Positions 50,283 through 60,865 of a stretch of 64,000 bases of DNA are shown in pieces. The stretch is from positions 56,235 to 120,234 of IMG/VR virus record IMGVR_UViG_2687453683_000002; one strand, 5' to 3'. The translations under genes were made by a program, and so were the position numbers. Each line of letters opens with the position of its first letter. Position 1 is the first letter of the stretch. This DNA comes from a virus. Taxonomy: Duplodnaviria > Caudoviricetes. Under the pieces are notes generated by a model that saw nothing but the letters and a program-made list of their open reading frames with translations, was not told the DNA's origin and ran no database searches.

Positions 50283-51095
50283 CTACTTAGCAGGCAATTG
50301 GATCAAAGATTTCAAATCAAAAAATTTAATAAACTCTCTTCCAAATGGCGTTAAGACTATTTGTGTATTAGTAAGGGTTAGTCCTCTACCTTTCATCCCA
50401 CCTTTAGTTGAAACAACATTAGAGAAAGCAGAAACAATACTCTGTTGCACCTCACTAGTTGATCTAACTCCTTTATCAATAAGTCCTAATTTTTCGAGAT
50501 GATTCTCTATGTATTCATAGTATTTCACATCACTCCCTGGTACTTCTTCATACTCACTTGCTCTTCTTGCTGCTTGTTTCCCCTCTGATGAATATGTCAT
50601 TAGATGTTTAATTTCAGTAACTCTCAATTGCTTCAAGATATCAAAATGAATCAACACTTTATTTTCTTCAGTTATTTTCTGATCATAAATATATTCAATA
50701 CCATTCATAATCAAATCAGTTTTTTCTTCTTGTTGTTCTTCTAATAATTGATCTAACATGAATGGAAATGCTCTCTCCTTAAAAAATTGACTGACAAAAT
50801 CATCTGGTCTTTCCATCATGCTATCTGATAAGCGTTGAATTCTTAGTTCTAGATATTTTATTTTTTTTTGAAGTTCTCTCATTTTCAAAGAACTCAATAT
50901 CTTTCCCACTAAAGGTATATGATCCATAGTCCCCTCTATTGATACACCAAGAGCCGAGTCTGGGTCGATACCAAGAAATTTAGTTAGTGACGTTACGTTA
51001 TCCATCTCCATCTCCCTTTTCTTTATTTTATATCCTTGGAAACAAACCTGGTTTACTACAGAACTGCTTAACGCCGTCCCATCTACATTAAACAC
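50283..51095 (-). CDS. Hypothetical protein, Abi-alpha/DUF4393-like; true start probably near 51005-51011
   Basis: IPLVG near the N-terminus; C-terminal wHTH HLEKLGLI...LTPFGREFIKF. Confidence 0.45.
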   Translation of the reverse strand: MFNVDGTALSSSVVNQVCFQGYKIKKREMEMDNVTSLTKFLGIDPDSALGVSIEGTMDHIPLVGKILSSLKMRELQKKIKYLELRIQRLSDSMMERPDDFVSQFFKERAFPFMLDQLLEEQQEEKTDLIMNGIEYIYDQKITEENKVLIHFDILKQLRVTEIKHLMTYSSEGKQAARRASEYEEVPGSDVKYYEYIENHLEKLGLIDKGVRSTSEVQQSIVSAFSNVVSTKGGMKGRGLTLTNTQIVLTPFGREFIKFFDLKSLIQLPAK

Positions 51096-51385
51096 ATCCT
51101 TTGCATTTCTCTGGCTGCTTGTTTGGACAAATGCGATATTCTTACGCCCTATGCTGATACTTCAATTCCTCGACTAAAAAAGTCGATCCATCGAAGGAAC
51201 TGATATGTATGATGTTGGTGTTACGCTCTATAAGCATGCGTCCGAAAAGGTCGTAGCAAATGCGCAACGTTCTTTTCCTTAAAAGCAAACATACTTTTAA
51301 CTATAGAGGAAGCACAAGAGCATTAACTAGAAAAACAAAGTCAACTTATCAATTCATCTAATTCTCTCATGCCTTTCTAAATCAA

Positions 51386-51895
51386 TTATGCACTCGTCTT
51401 TACATCTCTCGGTTTCTTTGAAGCGGACAACTTTTCTTTCATTGTAAGCAACATCTCCACCAGTTCATCCCGAGCAATCAGCCTTACCCCATTTGATTTA
51501 GCAAGCTGATATGCCTGCTCAGTATAATTGCTATTCGTGACAACCCATGCTCCATTTGCTCTATAATGTGCCTTAGCTCCTTGAACCTCTTGAACAGCTT
51601 TTAAGCCAACATTTTTTTTATAACGTTTAGCTTGAACAACGATTCTTTTTCCATCTTTGGATATAACCAGATCGGCGCGATAATCACCTGCAGCTTTTGT
51701 CACTTCCGCCTTAAACCCTTGTGAACGGAATAGGTGCCCAAGATAGTGCTCAAACTGCACTCCATCCATTTTGTCGATCTCTGCAATACCTGATCTCTTC
51801 AGTCGTTCAGCATGCTTTTGTTGAATGATAACCGTTAAAACAATAATTCCAACAACTCCAAGAAATTCAACGACAAGTGAAGCTTGCCGTTTCAT
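51386..51895 (-). CDS. Mrr-like restriction endonuclease with N-terminal TM
   Basis: MDGVQFEHY, DYRADL, VVQAKRY, AVQEV, VVTNS. Confidence 0.85.
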   Translation of the reverse strand: MKRQASLVVEFLGVVGIIVLTVIIQQKHAERLKRSGIAEIDKMDGVQFEHYLGHLFRSQGFKAEVTKAAGDYRADLVISKDGKRIVVQAKRYKKNVGLKAVQEVQGAKAHYRANGAWVVTNSNYTEQAYQLAKSNGVRLIARDELVEMLLTMKEKLSASKKPRDVKTSA

Positions 51896-52235
51896 TCACG
51901 CCTTTTTCTATGCTCCTAATGTTCTGGGAGAATGTCTCGATACAACAACTAATAAGAATGAAAATGTAAAAGTGATGTACGTGATTCGGCAGATTAATAA
52001 GAGAGATTGGAGTATTTATACAATTGATTGAGAACTTCTTTATTTTTTTGTAAGAAAGCTTCTTAAAACGGGCTTTTATAATGTTATTTTGAATTTGGTC
52101 CAATGCTAATAGCTACCTATGTCGATTTTGCTGACTAATTAATTCTCGAAATTATTTTTTTAAAATACTTATCTATATGTGATTAAAAATGTAAAAAAAA
52201 GCCCATTCTGAGAAGAATGAACTTTTTTTTACATT

Positions 52236-52610
52236 TTACTCTTTCTTTCTGTAATCATAGACATCGTCAGGAACATTTAGTTTTACACCATTAATGGATA
52301 CAATATCGTTACTTTCCCAGATGATAGTCGCTTTTTCAACTTTATTTTGGAAATATATAATTTTATTTGGTTTTGAGCCATCATTGTACTGAAGTTCACA
52401 TAATATGGCTAACGAAGTTGTTGCTCCTGCATCAGAATTCATCGCCTTAATTGTAAATTTACCATCGGGTGAAACTGATTCTGATATAACTTCCCCTTTT
52501 GGAAGTCGTTCTAAGTCATAGTACCAATTCCACAAGGATACAAAAGCAATAGCTACTGCTAACACCAAAAAACTACTTATCAAAAAAACTTTTATCTTTT
52601 TACTTTTCAC
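52236..52610 (-). CDS. Membrane-anchored DUF5412-like protein, putative immunity
   Basis: N-terminal TM; SPDGK, AGATT, INGVKLN..D.YDYR; directly after the toxin gene. Confidence 0.7.
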   Translation of the reverse strand: MKSKKIKVFLISSFLVLAVAIAFVSLWNWYYDLERLPKGEVISESVSPDGKFTIKAMNSDAGATTSLAILCELQYNDGSKPNKIIYFQNKVEKATIIWESNDIVSINGVKLNVPDDVYDYRKKE

Positions 52611-52680
52611 TGAATCGTTCTTCCTCCAATCTCTACTAAAATAAAATATACCTCAAAAAATGAGGTATATTCCCATTATA

Positions 52681-53388
52681 TCATTTATTATCCGTATTAA
52701 ACATACTAATTCCCCATTCAATCATAGCTTGATCTTGGGGGTCGTCAAAATATGTTTTCCACCAAGAAGGGTGTGCTGTTCCTGAATATATCTGATAAGC
52801 ACCTGCTACGGACTTTAAAATGCTCGCTGGGAAAAGGTATCTACCTACATAGCCGTAGTGAATATTCCCAATATCCTCACCGGTGATAATCCTACCATTA
52901 AACTTATAACGTTTACTTACTCCATATTTAAGTTTGTAATCCCATGGGCCGCCACTCTTTACCTGAGAAGCAAAGTAAAGGCCAGCTCCAGCCAAATCAT
53001 TTGGATACATATACAACATTCGTAAGCCATTACCTCTCATTTGCTCCTTAAAAATATTCGTAATTTCTTGAATACTTCCCTCATCAGGATCTGCTTGAGG
53101 AGTTATTACACCACTACTTTCATACATTTGTATATAATTCAAAGTAGCTGTTGCTTCATCTAAAATTTTATTTATATCAAGGCCTTCAACATTACCATTA
53201 ATTAATGCTTGTTCTACTTGATTATGTTTACGTTGAACATCTTTTAACAATTTATCTGTAAAACGTTCAGAAACTGTGATATTTTGTTCTTTCGATTGTA
53301 AGTTTTGAGAAGCTGACACAGAATAAGGCGTGAGTAGAATTGATGCTGCGACTGTTCCAATAATTAAACTGGTAATTTTCTTTTGCAT
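52681..53388 (-). CDS. Secreted polymorphic toxin with Ntox44 domain
   Basis: Signal peptide ending VSA; GPWDYK, GNIHYGYVG, AGAYQ, DDPQDQ motifs. Confidence 0.85.
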   Translation of the reverse strand: MQKKITSLIIGTVAASILLTPYSVSASQNLQSKEQNITVSERFTDKLLKDVQRKHNQVEQALINGNVEGLDINKILDEATATLNYIQMYESSGVITPQADPDEGSIQEITNIFKEQMRGNGLRMLYMYPNDLAGAGLYFASQVKSGGPWDYKLKYGVSKRYKFNGRIITGEDIGNIHYGYVGRYLFPASILKSVAGAYQIYSGTAHPSWWKTYFDDPQDQAMIEWGISMFNTDNK

Positions 53389-53647
53389 TACAAAATTCCT
53401 CCTTATTAATTAATTACTTCATGTGTATTATAAACCAACTCATTTGTCGAAGTAAGGGGAATTTTGTATGTTTAACTCATAAATTTCATTTTTAAACTCG
53501 TTTATTGGAACGTTATTTATATTTAATTCTTTTTTATCATGACTTGCAAATGATTTGAGCAAACACCAGTTCCATTGTTATTTTCACAAACTTCTGGCAA
53601 TAAACCTTGACCATAAAATAATTGTTTATAAGTATTCAATGGTAACT

Positions 53648-54115
53648 TCAGAAATATAGCTTCTCCTTTCTCCATTGACCAGTCAAATCAATAAATGCTC
53701 CTTTAAATCTACCTAACTGAAGCTGGCGAATAGTCTCATCTTTGGGCATATGCATGATTCGTGACAAATCTCTGGATGTGTAGTAATCATCCACTTTAAA
53801 CTCCAGCGTAATTCCTACACTCATCTCATAAAAGAACATAAACAAGTGTTCACATGCTGTATGTCCTAATTTGCAGTTCCTCACTAGGTCGGTCCAATTA
53901 TATTTTGTTAGATCGCTTAATAAGATATTTACTCCAAAGGAACGTTGTAAGCACACCATAATTGACTTCGTTAATGGTGTAAGAAGCTGTTCACTACATC
54001 CATATAAATCCAAAGACATGAACGGGGCACGGAATGCAACGCTCTCCTGAATGGAAAACCCACGATCTGCCATCATTTTCAAATGAGATTTGAAAGCTTT
54101 GTACTCCATATCCAT
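53648..54115 (-). CDS. Putative regulator: RNA polymerase alpha-CTD-like domain plus C-terminal HTH
   Basis: LTKSIMVCLQRS...LSDL...DLVRNCKLGHTACEHL parallels the alpha-CTD helix-hairpin-helix; YTSRDLSRIM...GRFKGA...GQWR resembles HTH_17. Confidence 0.5.
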   Translation of the reverse strand: MDMEYKAFKSHLKMMADRGFSIQESVAFRAPFMSLDLYGCSEQLLTPLTKSIMVCLQRSFGVNILLSDLTKYNWTDLVRNCKLGHTACEHLFMFFYEMSVGITLEFKVDDYYTSRDLSRIMHMPKDETIRQLQLGRFKGAFIDLTGQWRKEKLYF

Positions 54116-54299
54116 CGTCGACCCTCACCTTACTATTTGTTTTTTTCCATATTCCATAACTTATGAATCTTCGCTTATAATGGTAAGTTATTACTGAATG
54201 ATATAGAAAAAGCGAAAGTAATGACGATACGACCTGTTGTTATTTGTAGCCGCATGCGTTACTCTCGCTTTTAACATAAGAACTTTCTTCTTCAGTTTA

Positions 54300-56300
54300 A
54301 AGTCTAATCGTTATTTTTATGGACTCCTTTTGCTTGATATGGCTGTAGGATTATTGAGCAACATCACGTATCCAATCCGCATTCATCGCAATCTCCTCAT
54401 CTGACATGTCAGCGATATTTTCCAGCCTCTTGAGCAATTCGTGTCGTTTCATAGTTTTCCTCATATTTCTTTTCCTTTGTTATACGCTTGCAATACCATT
54501 CGCGTTCGATGCCCACCATCCTGAATCACAGGAGTTTCCGGCCACCAACCAATGATATGATCCAGGTGATTACCGGGTTCTTCATAAAACTCCAATGTCT
54601 CATTCAACTGTGCAATGTGTGCAATGTTTCATTTATAACATCTAGCAGACATTCTCTTTCATCTAGCAGTTCTCCGACCATTGCGTTCCACGGTGCGCTT
54701 AAAAATGCATTTCTTAATCTCTTCTAAGTTTATACGGTATCAGTTCTAATTTCATACTCTGTCTCTCCATATTTTTCGGCAACTTCTCCCAAATGATTGC
54801 TCCTCGAGGATGTGTATAAGGAATCAGCTCCGGGTAAATTATTAAATTTTCAAATACCCATGCCCACGGTAACCAAGTATGCTGCTTCGGCACGCTGACG
54901 AGGCGTAGCTATGAACATACTTACTCTATGGTCTTGTGTATAAGAAACCAGTTCACCGTCACACACCCGATAGGATCATGCTCTATGATGTCACACTTAG
55001 ACACTCCAAATAGTGATGACTGTTTTTATTTATCGCAACCTCTGGTATAGCTAATGCATGGCTAGGATTCGTTGCAAAATCTCTTGCTGAAACGGAATAT
55101 GTTCCTTTAAGGATATTTCCCTTATGATGACGATCTTCTTTTGCACCCTGAAGCACTTCCATATATATTAAGTTTATTACTCATACCTTGTAGTTTACTC
55201 ATGGCCAGCCTCCGTTCTTTCTACTGACAGCAACGGAATATCAAGCACATCGTAAATATATATTTCAATATCACGGTATACAACCACGCTTTCATCGTCC
55301 GTACAACAATCCTTTGTTTTAAAAATTTTGGCTGAGGGTAAACGGGATGTGATCAGTTTGACCAGCTTGGAACGATTATTATCGTTGTCTACCAACTCCG
55401 GGCTACGTCCACCTTCTTTATAAACAATGTCCCAGTCCTCCTCGATCAGTTCCTGTATACGTTACTTGCGATTCTTTTTGTCTGTCTCAGGTGTCTTGCT
55501 GAACGTGTACAGGTGATCCAACATAAAGCAAAATCGAGCTTTATAGTGGCCGTATTCTGTAAATACCTCGTCAGACACATGAGGGAATCAGTATTGGTTC
55601 CACCAGTTAGAGACTGTAGATGCAAGAAACTGAAGTTGTTCCTTCAAACTGTCGATAGGTTTGTTCTCACCCAATTGTCTTTCAAGCTCACGAATACGGG
55701 CACTTGCCTCTCTAATCCGCAGATGTCGCTCTTCCTTCTCCTTAGTAAGACACTCTCATAGTTCAATTGCTTGGATACATCGCTGATATGACCTTCAATT
55801 AAACCGGACAGTATCCCGGCCATCTCCTGAGTCAAATTGTCCTTGCTGATCCAATCATGAAGTTGTTTGACAGCAAAAAACTTATACTTCAGCGTTTTAA
55901 TTGCAACTGACTTCTCATCAGCATTTAGGATAACTTTCATTTCATTTTCAATATTCAATCACCCTCCCTGATTTTGATGCTATATATTTTTCTTACTTTT
56001 AGACTGCGTTTGTATTCCAGCACGCTTATTTATGCTTTGGAGTTCTTTCATACTTAAAGCAATACTACTCGTCACTTTCCTATCTTCAATCTCGGGCAGC
56101 TTCACAAACTTCTGACTGCAAGGCACTTAGGCGAAAGTAGCGTTTTGACCATCATCTGCGATTACCTCATAGCCAATTGCTGTGTATCCATGTATCTTCC
56201 GACCATGCAATGTCTTCATCAGACTTACCACCTCTCTTTAAGACCGCCTAGCTGCACGCCACTCTGGTTTGCCGACAATATAGCCGACCAATCGCCCTCA
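54300..56300 (-). pseudogene. Tract of decayed genes (includes an ASCH/PUA-like fragment near 54780-54870 and a gene broken across ~55195-55958)
   Basis: Short broken frames; WVFENL..YPELIPYTHPRGAIIW fragment. Confidence 0.4.
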
Positions 56301-56303
56301 CGC

Positions 56304-56774
56304 TCACGTAAACGTTGTGACCCAAGTCTCCCTGATTGCTGTACACTCCACAACGGTTCTGTAGCAGCCCGTTCCAATTCCAACCGCAGTTTGTAACACG
56401 GTTATGGAAAGTGGCATAAGGAATCCCATTCTACTCAGCAAGCTGGACGTATTCTTTGGGAAGCACACGTACACATTCTGATGCTTAAGAGCTTGTTCTC
56501 GTATTTCTTCTGAAGTTTGTAGCAGCTTCATTGCTGCCTGCTCCATCTTCCACCCTAATCTGATCCGATTGTAGAACGTGTTCTTGTTTATTCCGTTTTC
56601 TAATGCAATCTGTAGCCACTTCCGACGATTCGTGAATCCTCGCAGTGGTGTTGTCATCGCACGTTCTTTCGTCCAGCCTTGTGCACGAATTCGACGATCC
56701 AGCATGGCAGGCTTTATTCCTATTTTCTCAGCCTCAACATATTCTTCAGGCGTGATGTAAAACCAATGACTCAA
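56304..56774 (-). CDS. Phage-type small repeat DNA-binding protein, probably frameshifted in the 3' half
   Basis: Repeated A..(N/I)GI......RIR..GW..E.A units. Confidence 0.55.
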   Translation of the reverse strand: MSHWFYITPEEYVEAEKIGIKPAMLDRRIRAQGWTKERAMTTPLRGFTNRRKWLQIALENGINKNTFYNRIRLGWKMEQAAMKLLQTSEEIREQALKHQNVYVCFPKNTSSLLSRMGFLMPLSITVLQTAVGIGTGCYRTVVECTAIRETWVTTFT

Positions 56775-56982
56775 CGTCTCGTCCTCCTTTTAAACTAAAT
56801 AAATCCCCAGTCTAAGCAACTGGGGATTTATACAATATTTCATCTTCACTTCACCTGTTTTAACTGACGCAATGTAATACTCTTTAAGACTTCAGAAGAA
56901 GCACTAAGCATCAAACCAGCAATCCAACGTTCCTTCGTTGTCTTACTCAAAAGCTGTTTCAAATACCGCTCCTTTGCTGACA

Positions 56983-57504
56983 TCACATCATCCCCAATTG
57001 CTTCAGGGATACAAATCCCTCAACACCAACGATAATATGGTCCAGTACGTTAATATCAACAATTGCACCGGCATCATATAACCGTTTAGTGACCTTGATA
57101 TCTTCCTGGCTCGGAGTTGGATCACCTGAAGGATGATTATGCACACAGATAATAGAAGCTGCATTCTTTAAAATTGCTTTTCTAAATAATTCTCTAGGGT
57201 GCACTATAGCAGCATTTAATGTCCCAATCCCTATCGTTTCCTTAGAAATAACACGATTCTTAACATTCAGCATGATTGCAACAAAATGCTCATTAGGAAG
57301 GGATGACATCTCAGCAGCTACGAGCTGATACACATCTTCAGGCTTTCTAATCTCACTAGGAACATCTTCTTGCATTACTCGCTCCACCAGTTGTAATAAC
57401 TTTTCAGCGTGTTCACGTCTTCGTCGAGGCAAAGAAGCCAATTGAGTTTCATTTACCGAGAAGTTTTTCATATATTCCCCTTTCTGTTTATCCCGACCCC
57501 GCAA
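56983..57504 (-). CDS. radC: RadC (JAB/MPN domain) protein
   Basis: EHF, VHPRE, HNHPSGDPTPSQED, LDHII. Confidence 0.9.
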   Translation of the reverse strand: MRGRDKQKGEYMKNFSVNETQLASLPRRRREHAEKLLQLVERVMQEDVPSEIRKPEDVYQLVAAEMSSLPNEHFVAIMLNVKNRVISKETIGIGTLNAAIVHPRELFRKAILKNAASIICVHNHPSGDPTPSQEDIKVTKRLYDAGAIVDINVLDHIIVGVEGFVSLKQLGMM

Positions 57505-57578
57505 TGGCGGTGTCGGAATTAAACACCGCCATTTATTGCCAGGCGAAAGGCTATTTTGAATTAGTTTGTCGTGTCGAA

Positions 57579-57857
57579 CTACACTTTGCGAGAAGCAAAA
57601 CGTTTAGTCTCTTTCAACGTACCATACCCGGACAAGGAAACGTCCTCCCAACCAAGTTTTTTCAGCGCAGTTGAAGAAAGACTCAGGTAATCCCAAGCAT
57701 TTTTCCCTTCCGCTGTGATCGCCACCGCAAGTTCACGCAATCCATCAGGTTTAAAAGACCAGCTTCTGGTATTGCTGTACTCCCAAACTTTATCCGCAGC
57801 TTGAAGTGCTCCATTTTCATCAACATAAGTCTTCAAACATTCTTTCATCTGTTTCAA
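57579..57857 (-). CDS. Hypothetical protein, possibly a gene fragment
   Basis: 92-aa ORF; the upstream sequence looks like a broken N-terminus. Confidence 0.4.
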   Translation of the reverse strand: MKQMKECLKTYVDENGALQAADKVWEYSNTRSWSFKPDGLRELAVAITAEGKNAWDYLSLSSTALKKLGWEDVSLSGYGTLKETKRFASRKV

Positions 57858-58023
57858 TGCAGCCTCGGTTCTTTCGATTTCTAACGCGATCTGGATTGCC
57901 TTCTCTATTGTTAATTTTTCATGTATTTGTATTTGTCATATATAACACTCCTCAAGTTTTTGTTTTTTTGTAATGCAGAAGACAAATATTTTCCAAGGGA
58001 ATAATTCGTCATTTTATACGCAC

Positions 58024-58245
58024 CTATAACTTTTTATAGATGTAGCCATTGGTGGAAAGGTGAAGGCCACAGGTTGTTATTGCAATCCCATTAAGACCCG
58101 TGTCGAAGTTCTGAACAACTTCAAACCCCTTACTTTCCAAATATCGCCTGGCTTCTGTCCCGTCGAGATCAGCAAAACATTGATAGTTATGATCTACAAT
58201 GAATTCTCCTGACTCAGCAGCATTAATGATTTCGTCTTTCGTCAT
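58024..58245 (-). CDS. Hypothetical protein
   Basis: 73 aa with GGAGGG RBS. Confidence 0.6.
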   Translation of the reverse strand: MTKDEIINAAESGEFIVDHNYQCFADLDGTEARRYLESKGFEVVQNFDTGLNGIAITTCGLHLSTNGYIYKKL

Positions 58246-58272
58246 ATTTTTATCCCTCCAAAATACATTTTC

Positions 58273-58974
58273 TCAAAGCTTTATACATTCCATTACAAAC
58301 GGGCAATGTTTGCAGGGACTACCCGGTGTAGGTCGAAAAAGCGAAGAAGCCATATCCGGGAATGATTCCAGACATGACTTCTTCATTTCAATCTGCTCCG
58401 CAAGCTGAATGGCCCATTCTCTAGCCTGGTTTCCATCAGATTCGTTGTAAATAAACGATTCTGCTTTCCGAAACCGTAGAAAAAACAATGTGCCTTTGAC
58501 TTGACGAAGACCTCTCATTTTCATAGTGGCCCATGCGTACAAAGCAAGCTGCCTTGTATCATGGACCCCGTAAAGTTTCCAATTCGACTTCCAATCCCAG
58601 AAATGTACTTCCTGAAGCAAATCAATGTACCCCTGAAGCTGGATTCCGGACGAAGAGTCCAACGGAAGATTAAAATGAATCTCCGTTTGACCCTTTACAT
58701 CAGGAGCCTGCTGAAGCAACTTCAAAACTTCTTCATAAGTCACTTCGGGATGAAAATCGGCTTCGATTATAGCTGCCAAGATCGCTTCATGTTCAGACAT
58801 ACCATTGATTTTTAGCTCAATCGCCTTATGCACTGCTTTACCGAGAGCGAGTGGTTTTGTAACCGGCTCTGGTCTACCCAAAATATACTTCATATAGAAG
58901 CGAAATGGGCAAGTTTCATACAGGGAAAGTCGTGAGTATGAGAAGATCATGTGATTCCCAAGTATGTTTGGCAT
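58273..58974 (-). CDS. PD-(D/E)XK (RecB/Cas4-like) exonuclease with Cys cluster
   Basis: SYSRL..YETCP, GKAVH, GYIDL, DWKS, QLALY, CKHCPF...C. Confidence 0.85.
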   Translation of the reverse strand: MPNILGNHMIFSYSRLSLYETCPFRFYMKYILGRPEPVTKPLALGKAVHKAIELKINGMSEHEAILAAIIEADFHPEVTYEEVLKLLQQAPDVKGQTEIHFNLPLDSSSGIQLQGYIDLLQEVHFWDWKSNWKLYGVHDTRQLALYAWATMKMRGLRQVKGTLFFLRFRKAESFIYNESDGNQAREWAIQLAEQIEMKKSCLESFPDMASSLFRPTPGSPCKHCPFVMECIKL

Positions 58975-59378
58975 AGGTTCTTAGCAGCATCCACCTTTTT
59001 AGCTACAACATCACTTTGAACAGTGATATCCTGCTGTAAATGATGCTTGGCAATGAGTAAGAAAGCTATGACGGCCTGATCATAAGGATATGCGCTTGTT
59101 TTACAGAACTGAAAATATTGATCATTTTCATCGGGCTCATTCCATAGATACAACACCCGTGGAAAAACAAAGTCTTCATACCTATCTGCACCCACACCAT
59201 TAAATAGCAGATTGTCTTCATTAATAACGGGATCTCCTGTTCCTCCTGGACCAGCAAGTAACACTCCTACCCCTGCGAATACAGGTAACAAACGTTTAAA
59301 GTCAGTCAGAATTTTAAGATACACATCGAGTTCGATCTCCCTTACTCGATACCAGAAATGGGTATATCCCATATTCAT
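58947..59378 (-). CDS. Conserved mobile-element hypothetical protein
   Basis: MGYTHFW N-terminus and FCKT..YPYD motif. Confidence 0.6.
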   Translation of the reverse strand: MNMGYTHFWYRVREIELDVYLKILTDFKRLLPVFAGVGVLLAGPGGTGDPVINEDNLLFNGVGADRYEDFVFPRVLYLWNEPDENDQYFQFCKTSAYPYDQAVIAFLLIAKHHLQQDITVQSDVVAKKVDAAKNLCQTYLGIT

Positions 59379-59410
59379 TCACTCCTATTTAAATGAGAGT
59401 TTGTCGGTTT

Positions 59411-59863
59411 TTAGAATGGTAAGTCATCATCTGGAATTCCCCAGTCATCGCTTGCCGTGTTCGTTCCACGACCGTTTCCACTGTTTCCGTTCTGTTGATT
59501 TCCTGTCCCCGGTCTTGAATCGTTTGAAGAAGTAGTACCACCAGACTGAGGAGTGAGGAATCTAACGTTGTCGGCAATGATTTCAGTTACATAAACACGT
59601 CTACCCTCGTTATTTTCATAGTTTCGTACTTGAATACGCCCTTCGACTGCAGCCATATGCCCTTTTTTCAAATGGTTTGCACAAGCCTCAGCAAGTTGTC
59701 TCCAAGTAACAACAGGAATGAAATCCGCTTCTCGTTCTCCACCTTGACTAGTAAAAGGTCTATCCACTGCCAAAGTAAATTGCGTAACGGCCACTCCAGC
59801 GGGAGTATATCGCAGCTCAGGATCACGAGTCAGACGACCAATCAAAATTACACGATTCAACAT
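59411..59863 (-). CDS. ssb: Single-stranded DNA-binding protein
   Basis: [20 protein letters not shown]...DDDLPF. Confidence 0.97.
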   Translation of the reverse strand: MLNRVILIGRLTRDPELRYTPAGVAVTQFTLAVDRPFTSQGGEREADFIPVVTWRQLAEACANHLKKGHMAAVEGRIQVRNYENNEGRRVYVTEIIADNVRFLTPQSGGTTSSNDSRPGTGNQQNGNSGNGRGTNTASDDWGIPDDDLPF

Positions 59864-60549
59864 TTTTCTCCTCCGTCCATGCCTGCCTTTGTAGGTTCAG
59901 GACTTACAGGTTTCGTTTTAAACTGGTCCACAAATCGCTCGACATCCTCTGTCCACTTTGGACGGGAGGCACAAGAGTAGATTTGTAGTACACTTTCAAG
60001 GAGAGGCGATTCAATCTCTCGCTCTCGTTGTCTGATTTTTTCAATGTAGTTCTGATACGTACAGGTTTTGATCCCCACAATTAATTGAAAATAGGCATCT
60101 CGCTGCTCCTTCATCAGAAACTCTTTCCATGAGTCCCAAAACAGATCAAGGGAACGCATATAATACGAGAAATCCCGTTCCCTCATCTGCTTCCAGTTTG
60201 GTTCTCTCACGCCAGTATGTTCTCTCAGCAACCTTCGCTGATTTTGGCTGAGACGCTCGGCAGGATGAATAATTCTCCGTTTTCGGAATCGTTGTTTTAC
60301 GTTCTCCTCCGGGATATTTTCCAACAGAGAAATAAAGCGAAAAACACCACCACTCTCATTACAAAACCAGCATTTGAACACTTGGTCTTTGCTATTGAGA
60401 GAAAGGTAGTATCTTCGCTTTTTACTTGGCTTTGAATCCTCATGACAGAAAGGACACTTACACGCCACTTCTTCCCTTGATCTGGAGTGTGGATTGATCT
60501 GCAGACCATGTTGTTCAGCAATGGCCACAATATCAGGAAGCATGATCAA
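59857..60549 (-). CDS. CHC2 zinc-finger (primase ZBD-like) protein
   Basis: CPFCHED...FKCWFC..SGG; no TOPRIM domain evident. Confidence 0.75.
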   Translation of the reverse strand: MIMLPDIVAIAEQHGLQINPHSRSREEVACKCPFCHEDSKPSKKRRYYLSLNSKDQVFKCWFCNESGGVFRFISLLENIPEENVKQRFRKRRIIHPAERLSQNQRRLLREHTGVREPNWKQMRERDFSYYMRSLDLFWDSWKEFLMKEQRDAYFQLIVGIKTCTYQNYIEKIRQREREIESPLLESVLQIYSCASRPKWTEDVERFVDQFKTKPVSPEPTKAGMDGGEKC

Positions 60550-60865
60550 TCACAGCTCGTATCATTTCCTCCTGGCTGGGCGGAAGCTGAATCTGTTCCC
60601 AATCCGGGGAAAGAACAATTTTGCGTGTAACCGTATGAATCGTTTTTTCTGGTTCCCACCATTGCCAACGGCGATATAGCTCGGCTGCCACCTGAACATG
60701 TTTACATTCCTTTTGTCCATAGTGACAAGCTGGGCAATCGTGAGTGATGATAAGGTCATTGAAATGAGGTTCAGCTTTGACCAAATAAACACCATTGTTC
60801 CGACTAGAAGGGAATACACAGATTAGTGTGTTCCCGTCTGTAAACGTAGCGTTCACTTTCGTCAT
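60533..60865 (-). CDS. SWIM-type zinc-finger protein
   Basis: HDCPAC...CKHV. Confidence 0.65.
   Translation of the reverse strand: MTKVNATFTDGNTLICVFPSSRNNGVYLVKAEPHFNDLIITHDCPACHYGQKECKHVQVAAELYRRWQWWEPEKTIHTVTRKIVLSPDWEQIQLPPSQEEMIRAVIDHAS

Noticed and set aside
58273-58974. Cas4-like nuclease suggesting CRISPR-Cas
   Set aside because: No repeat-spacer array or other cas genes found in the window; context is a recombination operon.
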